DNA from: Felis catus
Lineage: Eukaryota
Assembly (NCBI RefSeq): GCF_018350175.1
Contig: NC_058368.1
Location: 129,272,001-129,336,000, forward strand
Reading direction: 5' to 3'
DNA length: 64,000 bases
Below the pieces are notes generated by a model, which worked only from the letters and a program-made list of their open reading frames with translations, searched no databases and was not told where the DNA came from. This document shows positions 13,001 to 26,210 of this stretch, in pieces (position 1 is the first letter of the stretch; every line of letters begins with the position of its first letter). A program made the translations under genes and the position numbers.

Positions 13001-13792
13001 TAGGTGACTGTGCTTTTATGTTACTTTCTTATTAAACATCTGAACTGTTCTCCAGCCATACTTGATTGAACGAAGAGTAGCTATTTAACTCAAAGGGAGC
13101 CAATCCATAGACTAGTCTAAACTAACCAGAGACCCCTCCAAATTCAATTTCATAGATTAAACAGTCTGTAATCAGATAATGTTGGTTGGTTGGAATCAAA
13201 GGCCATGCAGGCCTGGAGCAGCCATTTTTGGTTTTGTGTTCTCTGTTGAGTCAGCAGAGAAAGCTCGACTGTGAAGACAAGCAAGAGATCAAAGCTGGCA
13301 CAGAGATGAGAGACCTCAGACCACCACCAGGGACAGATAGGGTAATCCGGGCTCTCAGGTTTGTAGTGACCGACCTAGAAAATTTCTTGTGGCCCACCAT
13401 CCCTATCTCTTGTCCTGGGATGCTCTTATGCTTGCCTGAGGTGCTGAATAGTCCTTAAAGTGGCTTGAATGAGTTTCTGTTCTTCACAACCAAATATGCC
13501 CTGACCAGAAAGTATCCTGTTGGAGAGATTCAAGTGGGGAATTTCAATTTCCTTTGCTCATCTAGTCCCAATGCCTGGGAACTCTAGAAAATCATGGTGC
13601 CCTCTTTTGTTTAGATGCATGTCATTCCACAAGAGAGGATATGCCAGGACGAAAAGGTGATATTATTTGAATGTTCAAATCTCTTACCTACAAAGCCCTC
13701 TATACTCATTCTCTGCCTCTTGCTCTGACAATTGCTTCTGCTCTCTGGCATTGACCATTTACTTAAATCGTTCTGCTTTATTTATTACTTTC

Positions 13793-14535
13793 TGTGGTAA
13801 AGTTGGCTACAGATTTGTTGTAATTCTTCCCGTTGAAAGATGAAGTCTAGGGGCTCCTGGGTGGCTCAGTTGGTTGAGTGTCTGACTTGGGCTCAGGTCA
13901 TGATCTTGCATTTGACGAGTTCGAGCCCCGCGTCGGGCTCTGTGCTGACAGCTCAGAGCTTGGAGCCTGCTTCCGATTCTGTGTCTCCTTCTCTCTCTGC
14001 CTCTCCCCTACTCATGCCCTGTCTTTCTTTGTCTCAAAAATAATAAAGATAAACATTAAAAAAAGAATAGAAAGATGAAGTCCAATCCCATTCCCTTCAA
14101 TATGAACTGCTTTTGTGACCTGCTTGATCAATAGAATGTGGTAGAAGTGATGTCTGGATGTTCCAAGGTTAGGTCATAAGAAACCTTGGAACTTCTGGCT
14201 GTGCCCCTGGGAACACTCTCTTGGAACCCTGAGCTGCTGTTGTAAGAAATCCTATTACCCTAAGGATTGTCATGCTGTGAGGAGCCCAAGTTGAGGTGAG
14301 GGAGATGGTAGGGAGAGAGGCAGGCCAAGGACTCCAAGTGCCAAACCTATGAGTGCAGAAACCATTTTGAAGATGGACCATCTAGCCCCAGTGGACACCA
14401 TGTAGATCAGAGATAAACCAGGCAGCAGAGCTCTTCATGAATTATTGAGACACAACTATTATAAGCAAAATAGAAGGTTTGTTTTAGACTACTAAATTTT
14501 GGGATAGTTTGTTGCACAGCAACGGATAACCAGAA
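13793..14535 (+). mobile_element. MLT1-family MaLR solo LTR interrupted by a Can-SINE
   Basis: TGTGGT start; GTGACCTGCTTGATCAATAGAATGTGGTAGAAGTGATG motif; terminal CTAAATTTTGGGATAGTTTGTTGCACAGCAACGGATAACC. Confidence 0.75.
13850..14069 (+). mobile_element. Can-SINE
   Basis: Head GGGGCTCCTGGGTGGCTCAGTTGG, B-box GTTCGAGCC; 13-bp TSD GAAAGATGAAGTC at 13835-13847 and 14070-14082. Confidence 0.96.
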
Positions 14536-15599
14536 TATTCTAAGTCATCTCAGGGCTACTTCAGCCTCCTTGTCTTTCCTTGCATGATTCCCTAGGCCAA
14601 GGACACCTTCTTCCATCCCCTCCACCTCTGTTTTAGATATCAGGACAAGTATCTCCCTCTCTGAGGGAGTATATTTAGCCAAGGCCCCCCCACCTTGGAA
14701 CCTTTTGCTTATGCAGTCCTGTGTGCCTCTTTGGTACGATTTTGCTGTCATGTCCTAACTTCCCAAGGGCAAAGTCTATTCCTTTTTTTATTTCTTCTTT
14801 TTTTCTTGTCCTGCCCCTTAATAGAGTCCTGGGCAGCAGGGATTCAGCATATGTTGAGGCTCCTAAATGTTCTCATCTTGAGACGCAGTAGCCCTACTCA
14901 CCTTAAACCAAATTTATATTGGTACTAATCAAAGTTTGTCTTCAATTACACATTTCTGATTAGGCATTTCAATTTAGAGGTGCTTCCTATTTTTTATTCT
15001 CAAATTATGTGTAGAATGCAACTTTTGGGGTGGTTGGGAGAAAACTGCAAGGAACACAGAAGGAAGTCCCATGTAGCATAAATAATGAACAGAATCAAGT
15101 GACACCCTCTGAGTTTGTCTGCTTGTCAACAATGCCTGGATCATTTATGGGAGGTCAGGGTCAAATTCTGTTTATAGTTGTGTTCTAGCCAGGGTGAGTG
15201 AGTGGTTTTTAACCACATCACCTCTTTCTAAAACCCGTTTTGTTTGGACTTCTCCCAGCCCACCTCAATGAACTTTCACATGTTCCCAGGGCATTTTTTT
15301 TTTTTTTCATTTCCATGTACCTTTTGGTTTCCCCTTCACATGCAACATTCTTTTCTGCAGTGTTCAGAAAACTCATTAGCGTCCAACCTCCTCAATTAGG
15401 CAGAGTAAACACTTATGACTCCGAACTGGCCCCCTACTGCAGGAGAGATGGATAGAATTCAAGCAAAATGTTGGCCTAGTACCCAAGGATTTGACCACGA
15501 CGTTTACTTCTCTTCAATCAAATTCAGGTCACATCTTCCTGTAGTTTTCTATATAAGTAATTAAGCTCTTATCTCCAATTTTCAAAGGATCACTGTTTC

Positions 15600-17244
15600 C
15601 TTTGCTACATGTATCCATTTCCTCTTTAATTCATGGTGTGTACTTATCTATTATTGTATGCATACCATTCATTTGTGGCATTATCTGCTGTTAGATTTTC
15701 CCATTTTTCTTAATCTGACAATCACAGAATCAGCAACACGATAGCAGGCGAACCAAATTGAGAGGCAGAGATCTTTTTTAATGCTGCGAAAGAAAAAGAA
15801 AGGGCACATTTTAAATGTTCTGCTTCTTAAAGAATTCTATTTAAAAAAAAAACTGTGAAGTTATTGCACTTCTCCCTGGGAATCGCGACTGTATAAATTC
15901 TAACTTTTCCCAGTGTTCAGGCACATGGGATCCAGGGAAACATTAGCCACGTTCTATTCATGTTCATAGGTCGTGACTAAGATAAATAGATTTTCAAGAA
16001 ACACTGATGTGGGTGTACTTCAAGTGGGAGGAATTTCATGTTCCAGTCTCCCTGCTGAACACCTAGAATATTAGAGACTTGGGAAGTTTGTGCTTGACTC
16101 CTTTTCAGAGAGAACGTGACTGAGGTCACAGCGTGATAAATCTCTGACACGACAGTGCGAGGGAACAGGCATCGGAACAGAGGGGAGCAAAACAAGCCGA
16201 AGTGAAAAGTTCAAATGCATGATGGTATTCTTACAAGCGAGGCAGCTGAGGGTTATTAAAGAGCAGCTTTCATAGAGGAGGTGGCTGATCATCCTCGTTT
16301 CAGACAGGAACGCTCTTGTGCTTTCTCTTCTCTCTGTTGTCAGTCATAATCCTGCACGTACGCGTGCACTCACACACACGCGCGCGCACACTGCGTATTT
16401 ATACTCAATGTTCAATCTGTTGAAAAGTATTTACTCTTCTTCATCGGAATGCTGAATTGTGACATGTATCTTCAGTTCCTTAGCAACAAACTGTCATGTC
16501 ACCCTTGTGAAATCCTGGTCAGCTGAGAGGGAGGGGAACGCTGAATTGTGATGGAGAAAATCCTTATTTTAATCACAAATGTGTATAAGAACTGGAAAGA
16601 CAATATGAAAAGGCAGGTCAAGGAAGCTGCGTTTGAACAAGTGTTTTTGATTAAGGTTTGTGTCGGCCCAGAAGTCCCCTTTAAGTTCCTTTTTATTGAA
16701 TAATTTCCCTTTGATCCTTGAGTAACTAAAAGAAAACCCAGTGCTTGACATTAACGTGGGACCAGAACCCTGTTGTAGGATTCCTTTGCCTGACTGCTGT
16801 CAGGGGCTCCACCGGACGGGAGCCTCAGCCAGCAGGGTGTGAGCACACTCCTTTCTACGGCGGGCACTCCCCATCCCATCTCCCCCTCGCAGCTTTTCCT
16901 TTCCCAGCTCCCCTGGGGGGCGGGGTGTGCAGGACACTGGGCTGCAGCCATCATTCTGTGTGTGCCTATTTCTTTGCTTGTCTTTGACTTCAAAGAGGCT
17001 TGACAGTAGGCACTGATGACGATGTAAGAAGCTGTTGATTAGCTCAGGAAATGGACCCTGGCAAAAGGGCAGAGGGACCAGACATTGGGAATGTTGATAA
17101 ATCAATCTCATCTTCTTTCTTGTTCCATCTGTTAGGAGTTATGTAAAAATAATTTCTAGAGGCAAACAAATCATTGAACGACACTAAAATTGGAGCAAAT
17201 GGGAGCAAAATTAGAAGGAAACACTGCAGAATTCTTGAGAGAAA

Positions 17245-17296
<52 letters not shown>

Positions 17297-18500
17297 CAAG
17301 AAAGCAAAGATTATTTAAACAACTCTGAGCAGGTTTTAAAAAACCGTATCTCTGCAATTTACCCGAATTCCCAGTTTCCATATTTAAATGTCTGATCAGT
17401 CATTCAGTTCCAATACAGACATGACGTTTGAAGGCCACTTTGTGATGGTTTTACCCTGGTTCAGATTATTTGCAATCCGGAGGGAAAATGTGCATTCTGT
17501 GCGAAAGCAAATAGAAAACATATCTGAGCACAAATCAAAAGAATGATTACCACACTCTACACTCTGTACCCATTACTGGGTCCCCAAGGCTCTCGTTCTG
17601 TTTGTCTTGGCGCTTTTTCTTTAGCTGCCTTTGGTTGGACAGGGTGGGAACAACAGCCACCAGCACCACCCACAAAACCCTGAGCAGAGAATGAGGGCAG
17701 CGGAAATGGACAGCCTGGAAAGATGTGACATCTTTCAGGGGCTTGTGCTCCACACTTCGCTGTTGGGGGAGCCGCCTGGGGAGAACTCCCAGGGCTCCCA
17801 TGGAGGTCTTTGCTGACTATGTGTCAGGAAGCGCCTGACCATTGGCAGAAAGGGCAGCCCTGCTCTCATTTTGATCTCTAGCGAGCTCTTTCTCAGTGGA
17901 TAATGAAAAATGACATTTGCACAAAGTGGAGAGAAAGAGCATTGTTTCTATAACACATTACGCTTTGTACTGCTCAGGAGACAACATTTCATATCCTATA
18001 AAAAGAATTATCTATATAACTTACTGTGTGTGGCAGAAAAGTTGCAGTGTGTCTTTAAAAGAGCTGTCTTCGCACGACAAGAAACACTTTGTCTCTCCCA
18101 CTCCCCTGGCCCCTGCAGAATAGCCTGTGTTTATAAGCAAATCCACTCAACCCCTTAATGATGACCTAGAGTAAACATCTGACATACACTAGCTTTCAAG
18201 CTCTCCTGTGTTTAGGCATGAATTGTTCATTTCTATGCCTTTTGTATTCAGTCTGAAGGAAAGACAAATGATACAAGGGATGATTTACATTATCAATGGA
18301 GGCAGAGGTTATGCCTGTGTTTATCTGATCCTCTGTTATCGTATAACAACCGGTGGGATAACCAGCCTGGTACACAATGACCGTTTAGCTTCAGCCACCC
18401 ACCCACCTACCTCATTTCCAGGTTGACTTTAATTTTACAATATATTAAAAGGACGGGCCCTGGAATTGCTAGACTCCTTTGGTTCAGGCGGGCCTGTAGG
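15600..18500. promoter_or_regulatory. Candidate conserved non-coding/enhancer block
   Basis: Repeat-poor; CpG retention at about 15.7-16.4 kb; PBX-HOX, MEIS and TCF-like motifs. Inference only. Confidence 0.4.
17250..17293 (+). repeat. (GA)n microsatellite
   Basis: Read directly. Confidence 0.98.
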
Positions 18501-19169
18501 AAAAGGATGGGGCTCTCATTTAGTGTCAAGCTTCCTCTCCATCAAGCCTGCCAGGGTATTGCAACTGGGACGTTTCTCTGTAATTACCCTAGGAAGATTG
18601 GTACTCAACTTTGTAAGGATGCCATGGGTGCCCTTCTCAGCAGAGCACTAGAGATTTGAAACAAATCACCTGAACAGGGGAAAGGACTACAAGGAGTGTG
18701 CATGAGCCTGAGGAAAAGGTAAGCTCATTTTTCTTCTGAATAAGTTTATAAGAACAGTTAAGTCATCTTATGAACCATCAGTCTGACCAGGAAGAGAACT
18801 TCATGAAATCAACCATAGGCAACCAGGACAACCTGAATGTGATGTTTGAATATGATGCCCCAAGACTTAGAAGTCACTGAGGATCCCCTGTGGAATGAAC
18901 TACTAATTCTCATGTAGTAGGAATTCATCTCTGAAAGAAGAAATGCTTCTTGGCTGCCCAGGGTGCGTCTGGTCCTGGATGTGTCAGTCATCCAAGTTGC
19001 CTTAACCTCCACTGCAGACAATCCCTGTGGAACCCAGAGAGACAGATGGTGGTCAAGGCAGTAATGCTACAAGAGAAGCCAGTGGAGTTGGAGCAGGGAT
19101 GGGGGTAGAAGATATGATGGCCCCGTATATGAGGTCCCGAATTCTCTCTGAATGAGCTCAAAGAATGTG

Positions 19170-19684
19170 GGAAAAGTTTCAGTCTGGATCAGATGGAAGA
19201 AACACACTGTACCTGCTCGTTCTGACCAACCACAACTGTAACCTGCACAGAATAGATGAAGACTCTGAAAACTAAAGAGTAGCAAGTAGATTGGGGAAGA
19301 AGACCAGAAATTGGAGTACCATGGAAATCGTGGTGAGTTTACCATTTTTTCCCTCTGATTGCCCCCATCCTGAAGTCAATGCAGCCGGAAAACCACAAGT
19401 GGCCCCCAGGGAACTGGCTGGGGAGAGCTCCAGGACAGCTCAAGGACTGGGGAAAGGGAGTCCTAATTCTCAGAGTGCAAAAAACCATCATTTCTTTTTT
19501 CTTTTCTCTGTTCCTCACACCCCAGTCCCCAAGCAATCCCTTAATGGCAGCAATGGGAACAAAGGAAGCAATAAAGAGCAGAAATCAATGAAACTGAAAA
19601 CAGAAAAACAATGGAGAAAATTGTAAAAAGCCAAAAGTTGGTTCTTTGCAAATATCATTAAATTTGATAGGCTTCTAGCAAGAT

Positions 19685-19742
<58 letters not shown>

Positions 19743-20945
19743 GAGAGGAGAGGAGAGGGAGAGAGAAGACATGAATTGTCAGTACGAAGAATGAAGGAAG
19801 ATATTGTATAAATCCTACAGACAATAAAAAAAGATCATGAGGGAATACTACAAACAACTCTATGCACATAAATTCAACAACTTTGAAGAACTGTGTCATT
19901 TTCCTTGAAAAGCCCAAACCACCAAAACTCACCAAGATAAAATAGATAACCTGAATAGTTCTAGAGCTATTAAAGACACAGGATTTTGTGGTTTAAAATC
20001 TTCTGAAGAAGAAATCTCCAGGCTCACTGGTTATTTCTCTCAAACATTTAAAGAAATTAGACCAGTTCTATACAGTCTCTTCCAGAAAATGAAAGAGGAT
20101 AGAATCCTTTCCAACTTAACTTAGGAGGCCAACATTAACCTGATACCAAACAGATCCTATCATTTCATTGATTTCTGTTCTCATTTTTATTACTCTCTTT
20201 TTTCTGCTTGCTTTAGGTGTATTTTGGTTCCCTTTTTCTGTTTCTTTAAGATGGAAGTTCAGATTATTGATTTGAATACGTTCTTCTTTTGTAGCATTAT
20301 TCTAGGCATTTAATAATGCCACAGATTTCTCTCTAAACACTGCTTTAATCCGTATCTCACAAAGATGATACAAAAAAATAAGGCTGCAGATCAATGTCCC
20401 TCATGAAGAGACACAAAAACTCTTAGCAAGTCCAATCCAACAATATATATTGTAAAAGAATATTTTACCACGATCAAGCGCAATTCACCATACTAACAGT
20501 CTAAAGTTAAACACACTCTTACCACCATCCAGCAATCCCTGGGTATTTACCCTAGAGAGATGTAAATTATGTTCCTGCAAAAACCTATTCGTGAATGTTT
20601 GTAGCATCATTCTTCGTACGTGGAAATAATCCAGATGTCCTTCAACAGGTGAATGGATAAACACACTGGGGTGTGTCTATACAATGAAATACTTAGCAAT
20701 AAAAAGCAACAACTTGGATGAACCTCAAAGGCATTTGAAAGGCATTCTGAGTGGAAGAATCAATTCTGAAAAGATTATATACTATATGATTCAATTTATG
20801 TGACAGTTTCAAAGAGACAAAACTATAGTAATGGAGAATAGAACTAATGGGTACGACGAGGGAATTTTGGGGGGCAAAAGAATTGTTCAGAGTTCTTATG
20901 GTAGTGTTTGTTATATGTATCTATACAAGGGCTAAATTCCATAGG
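19170..20945 (+). mobile_element. Old, internally deleted and rearranged L1M element (5' region, ORF2 piece, 3' region)
   Basis: ORF2-like GAGCAGAAATCAATGAAA...AAAAGTTGGTTCTTTG, CTATGCACATAAATTCAACAAC and AAACTCACCAAGATAAAATAGATAACCTGAATAG; 3'-type CCTTCAACAGGTGAATGGATAAACAC; a (GA)n expansion at about 19689-19765 and an antisense segment at 20155-20363. Confidence 0.8.
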
Positions 20946-20947
20946 TT

Positions 20948-20971
20948 TATACACACACACATGCATGCGCG

Positions 20972-21023
<52 letters not shown>
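20948..21023. repeat. Alternating purine-pyrimidine tract (CA)n-ATGCAT-(GC)7-(AC)n
   Basis: 76 bp of unbroken RY alternation, read directly. Confidence 0.97.
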
Positions 21024-21027
<4 letters not shown>

Positions 21028-21379
21028 CATTTTTGCACACAGTAAAAACGTAGGGCGCAAAACTCTGAGGCGGTCCACCACAGATATTTCCCAACCCCAT
21101 CTCTTTAGGGTGCCCAAGGCCGCCTCTTCCTTTCCTTGCTCCCTGTTCCCAGTCTCATGGTGCCTGTCTGTCTTCCTCCGTATCTCTGCTGTCCTTAGGC
21201 TGTGGCCCCTCACCCAAGCCTACCCCTGCCTCAGGCTATAGCTTCTATCTATGCTCTTCTTCTTCAAGGGCAAAATCCATTGGGTTTTGATTCACTTCAT
21301 TCAACAAACCAAGAGAAAACAAAAGCAAGAGCTGTCTTGATTTCTTTTGTCCCCCCACCCCTGTGTCTAAGGCATTAGT

Positions 21380-22450
21380 GAGTGCTGCTTTTGAACTCAA
21401 TCCAGAACCTAATCACAGCCATTGCTCTCCTAGGCCGAAACTACTGCAGCCACCTCTCATCCCACATCCTCACTTCTGCCTTGTCCTTGCTATCATCTGT
21501 TCTCAACACAGCAGTCAGAGGAATCTTACTAAAACAAATATCATGCCATTTCTCTATTTGAAATCGTCAAAAGTCTTTCCCGTGCATTTAGAATAGAAGG
21601 CCTTACTCTGGCCTCCAAGGGCCTCTGGAACTGGCCCTTGCCTGCTTCCCCAGCCTAATCTCCCTCCATCCTTCCTCCCACACCAAGCCCCAGCCATGGT
21701 GACCCTCTTGCTCTTTCCAGAGGTATCAAGCTTATTCCCACTTCGGTGCTATTTTCTCTGCCTGGAACTGGTTTCTCCCAGCAATCTGTATGGTTGCTGC
21801 TTCACATAGTTCAAGATTCAGTCCGAAAGTCACTTCCTCAGAGAGAACTTCTCTGACAAATTGTTTTAAATAGCTTCTCCAGCCTTCCAGTCTCTATCTC
21901 CTTAACCTGGTTTGTTTTTTCTCAGCACTTAACCACTCTGTGCAAGGCTTTATTATAGATGCAGACTTTCCACTGCAATACTGAATCCAAACTCCTTCCT
22001 GTGGCCTGGAAGACTCTGTGACCTGGTTCCTGCCTCCCTGTCTGACACCAGAACCCTCTACTCCCTAGGGACAATCTCCCCTTGCTGCCCCACTCACTGC
22101 TTGCTCGCCTCTGGTTAACACTGACTTCCCTATGTTCCTTGAACATGCTAAGCATAATTCTACCTCAGGATCTTTGCCCTTGCCATACCATCTCCCTGGA
22201 GTGCTATTTCCTCATATAACTTCCTAGTGTGCTGCCTGCTGAAATGTGACTTAATGAGAAGCCTTCTTTGGCCATTGTATATAAAGTGTCAACCCCCTCA
22301 TCATTTGGTATCTCCCTTATCTTATTTATTTTTCATAGCAATTATAACTACCTGGTTTGTGTATGTATATGCATTTCTTTTTGTATTAACTGTCTCTTAT
22401 CACGAGACTGATTAAAGAGGGACTTTGTCTTGTTTATTGTTGTATTTGGG
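21380..22450 (+). mobile_element. L2 fragments (two tandem 3'-region pieces)
   Basis: CAACACAGCAGTCAGAGGAATCTT, CCTCAGGATCTTTGCCCTTGC, GTCACTTCCTCAGAGAG and GAGGGACTTTGTCTTGTT are L2-like motifs. Confidence 0.7.
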
Positions 22451-23278
22451 AATCTCGACTTTGTACCAATGCCAGTTTGAGGACGTTGGGTTCGGGGAAG
22501 CAGTGGGAATATCAGGAGCCCCAGGATGGCTCCTGGCAGCTTGGCTGTTGTTTCTTGTCTGTCTCTCTCCCCTGGGTGTAAGCTCTATATGGACATTGGC
22601 CAGGGGGCACTTCCCAGTGCATTTGAGGTGCCTGGGAATAGCTGTAGAATGAATAATGGTAGAGGCCTTTGGTTACGTAAAAAGGATTTTCCATTTTCTC
22701 AGAGGAGAAACCCATATTCTAAGACTCAAATGCAGAGTAATGGTATAAATTGAGGGTAGAAGAGTAACTACTTTAGAGGCTCTTTCTGACATCTTTGCAT
22801 TTGCCCTTGACTGATAAACACATTTTGATGGGCTTCTGTTGTTCTTGTGATAATGATAATATGTCTTAACATGGCTCCTACCCTTTCCTCAGCCACACTC
22901 CCTCCTGAGCTCCCTCCCACTTGTCCTTAGCCACACAGCAATATTTTCAGTTCCTCTTCTATATATATTCCTTCCCTCCCCAGGACCTTTGCCCATGCTT
23001 CTTCCCCTTGTCTGAACCACTCTTTGAGTTCTCCACCTTTCCCACAACTGCCTCCTCCACACCCTTCCACCCATCTTAACTCCAGCCTCACCTTCCCTCA
23101 CACCCACACCAAGTCTGGCCCCAGGATGTGCTTTCCTGCATACCACTGATCACAGTTGTGACCTGTGTGTATGATTATATAGTGAGGACTCCCATGAAGG
23201 CAGAACAGTGGCTGCTTTTGCCCCACCACAGTATCTCTGGGAACCTGGCATGGAATTGACTTTTAATAAAGATTTTTT

Positions 23279-23478
23279 GGGATGCCTGGGTGGCTCAGTC
23301 GGTTGAGCATCAGACTTTGGCTCAGGTCACCATCTCACAGTTCATGAGCCCGAGCCCCACGTCGGACTCTGGGCTGACAGCCTGGAACCTGGAGCCTGCT
23401 TTGGATTCTGTGTTTTCCCCTCTCTCTGCCCTTCTCTCTGTCTCAAAAATAAAGAAACGTTAAAAAGAACATTAAAAA
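23279..23478 (+). mobile_element. Can-SINE inserted at the end of an L2 fragment (about 22870-23278)
   Basis: Head GGGATGCCTGGGTGGCTCAGTCGGTTGAGC; CT tract; AAAAATAAAG tail. Confidence 0.93.
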
Positions 23479-24146
23479 TTATTGAGTGAAAACAATTAAT
23501 TAATGAAACAAAAGCTACTAACTTTTCTGCAGAGGTCCAACTTCAGGACAAGGAAGTGAAGGCACTTGTTAAAAGGCATAGTAACCCATTAAGCTCTTGT
23601 CAGAATAAGAAAGATGCCATTGTGTACAGGGGATGGGAGGTAGGACAGGTGAGTTTCTAGGGGTAGAGAGAGGAGAGATGAACTTCGGAACTACTAAGAA
23701 CTGACCCTCCGACCTGAACAGGTTTCCTCGTCATTTGACAGTATGACAGGACCAAACTTTCAATCCAATAATATGGTTGGTTCTCATATATTTTTTTTAT
23801 AACATTATGTAGAATTCTCTTTTTGCCTTTCTACTGAAACTCAAAGGATAGGAATAAGAACATATCAATGAAATCAGTTCAACACAAGGTGACCTTCAAG
23901 CAGGCAGCTGTGTCCCACTGTGTGCTACCTGGCCTTGTGTATGGAGTGGGGGAGAAGACTTTCCAGATGCCAAGGCACCTCTCCTTGTCAGGGATGGTAT
24001 GGAGTTGACTCAACCCTCAGGTAGGGGATGAGGGGTCCTCTTTTGGTGACCTTTAATGGGCCTTTCCACCTGGAAATGCTCAGAACCTATGCCCATGCTC
24101 TCTGTTCAGTCTTGTCCCTATCTGACCTTTGCAGGAAAGACTAAAT

Positions 24147-24324
24147 CAGTGTTTGCCAATCCTGCAGTTCATTGGACTCGCTTGAGGAAGTTTAAACGTT
24201 CTGAGGTCTAGGTCCTGCCTGTGGCTAATTAAATTAGAATAGCTGGGGGGTAGGGTCCAGGTGTCAGTAGTTTTTAGATGCTCCCTAGATAATTCTGGAG
24301 TGCAGCCAAGGTTCACGACCACTG
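24147..24324. mobile_element. MER5A-like MITE
   Basis: CAGTG...CCACTG termini; TGCAGCCAAGGTTCACGACCACTG end; about 180 bp. Confidence 0.75.
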
Positions 24325-24416
24325 TGAGACCTGTAACACAGTCGGCTGATTTCCTCCTTTCTTTCCTGTGGTTCATTCTGCTTCTCAGCAGATGGGCTAA
24401 ATGATAATGGTGTGCA

Positions 24417-24510
24417 TGGTAGCAGACTTCTGTGATGGCTACCGATGATCCTACCTCCTGGTTGTCCTGCTTCTGTGTAACCCCTGCCCCTTGACTGTGG
24501 GCTGCACTTG
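24417..24510 (+). mobile_element. MLT1 (E/F-like) LTR 5' fragment
   Basis: TGGTAGCAGACTTCTGTGATGGCTACCGATGATCCTACCTCCTGGT...TGTGTAACCCCTGCCCCTTGACTGTGGGCTG resembles the recalled MLT1E/F start. Confidence 0.65.
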
Positions 24511-26108
24511 AATTTGGATCAACCTAACCATGCAGAGGAACATAGCCACCACAGTCAGAAGGGTGGGGAAGGTGAAATGAAGAACGCTGCATTCAGGTGC
24601 TCCATCTGTGGTAATCAGTGACCTCTGCCACCTCGGGTCTCCCTCCTCTCTCTCCCTCTGTCTCTCCCCTCAGCCCAGTGGAGAGAGGGGCTCTCTGCCC
24701 CGTGGTGCTCCACGCATCTTGATAGAACCTTTCTTCAAGGCTTCTGGTTCTGCCCCCCTCCTCCTTTTCATTTTCTCCTTATCTCGGCCGTCTGCTCTGA
24801 ACTGGAAGCTGGCATCACGGCCCTTCTCTCTCTCAGCTAGAGAAGCATCCTCCTCCCAGAGTGGAGCCAGTCGGAACAACACTCTGCACAGTGCAGCCGT
24901 GAGAAGCTGCTTATCTAGATCATTATTACACTCATTACTATGGTGTGAACTCAAGCACCAGGGCCAAGGTCTCGTGGATGCCTTGGCTCTGGCTGTGGGC
25001 TGCTCTGGCAGAGCCAGTGTGTGGTCTCTGAGAGGGGAGGTCAAATCAAGGTTTCCTGATCACTGGGGATCTTGGAATTTTGTTAGGGAAATTTGGATTG
25101 CCTGGCCAGTCGGTTCCTGCTCCCTTAAAATTTCCCCAAGTGTCGGAGGAGCTGCCGTGGGGACTCTATTTCCATGTCCCCAGTTCCCCCCACCTCAGAG
25201 GTGCCAGCAGTCCTTTTGTCGGTTTGGCTCTCCACTTAGATCATTGAAGTGATTTCAGGTCCAACTGGGCAACACTCAGCATTTCATTTATGTCTTGGCA
25301 AGGTTACCATGTTATTACTTAACTGTGCTGCTGCTACTCAATAAGTGGGAACTGATTGAAATAACCACAGGAGTTGCTGGATTCCCCTAATTTTAGCACA
25401 GAGTTAAAGCTCACTCCCACAGTTGGAAGTTAAAATAGGCTCCCAGCCCACAGAAATGCCCACCCACCACACTTAATTGTCACACCACTGATGCCTGTCA
25501 TGGAAGGAGACGTGGAAGGCTGCAGAACATTCTTAGAAGCAAGATTCTTTTCCTCGGCAGACGCCTGAGGTCATTTTGGCCAGGCCCAATTTCTTTCAGA
25601 CCCTATGCCTGTGGAAATTTGCATGACTGCTTTAAATACTTCTGTTTTCTTCCCTGATTTGTTTAACCGGCGGTCCAAGTACACAGCACGCAATAGAGCA
25701 AGGGGAGAGAACAGAAACTTCTGTTTGGGGGTGCCTCTTTAAATGACTCATTCCTGGAGTCCAGATGTGTGGAGGGCTATGACCCTGAGCAATCAAGGCA
25801 ATTTGGAAAGCAGAATAATGATATTTAATCCAAGCCAATGTGCTTTCTCTTGGTGTCATAGCAATCAGCCACAACCCAAATGCCACAACTTGAAGAGAAA
25901 TTTGGAGTAAATGGCTTCTTGTGTAACTCCTTGCAACCCTGTCCAATTTTTTTTGTTTTCTTACTTTTCGAAACTGTATTTTACTAGAATTTTGAAGAAA
26001 TTCTCTGACAAGTTATTTCTTACAGTGTGCTCACTGCTCAATATTTCTCATCACTGTGCAATTTTATCTTCCTCTTATTTTAAGTCATAATCTGCCCTTA
26101 ACATTTTA

Positions 26109-26118
26109 AAGGTGTTCC

Positions 26119-26176
<58 letters not shown>

Positions 26177-26177
26177 C

Positions 26178-26210
<33 letters not shown>

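Noticed and set aside
18790..19140. Possible decayed coding or processed-pseudogene fragment
   Set aside because: The frames I translated by hand hit stops quickly and match nothing I recognise; no poly(A) or TSD seen. A BLASTX search would settle it.
24608..25252. 214-aa plus-strand ORF and overlapping 124-aa minus-strand ORF
   Set aside because: Ser/Leu/Pro-rich with a non-ATG start and no recognisable domain; consistent with chance in CT-rich DNA.
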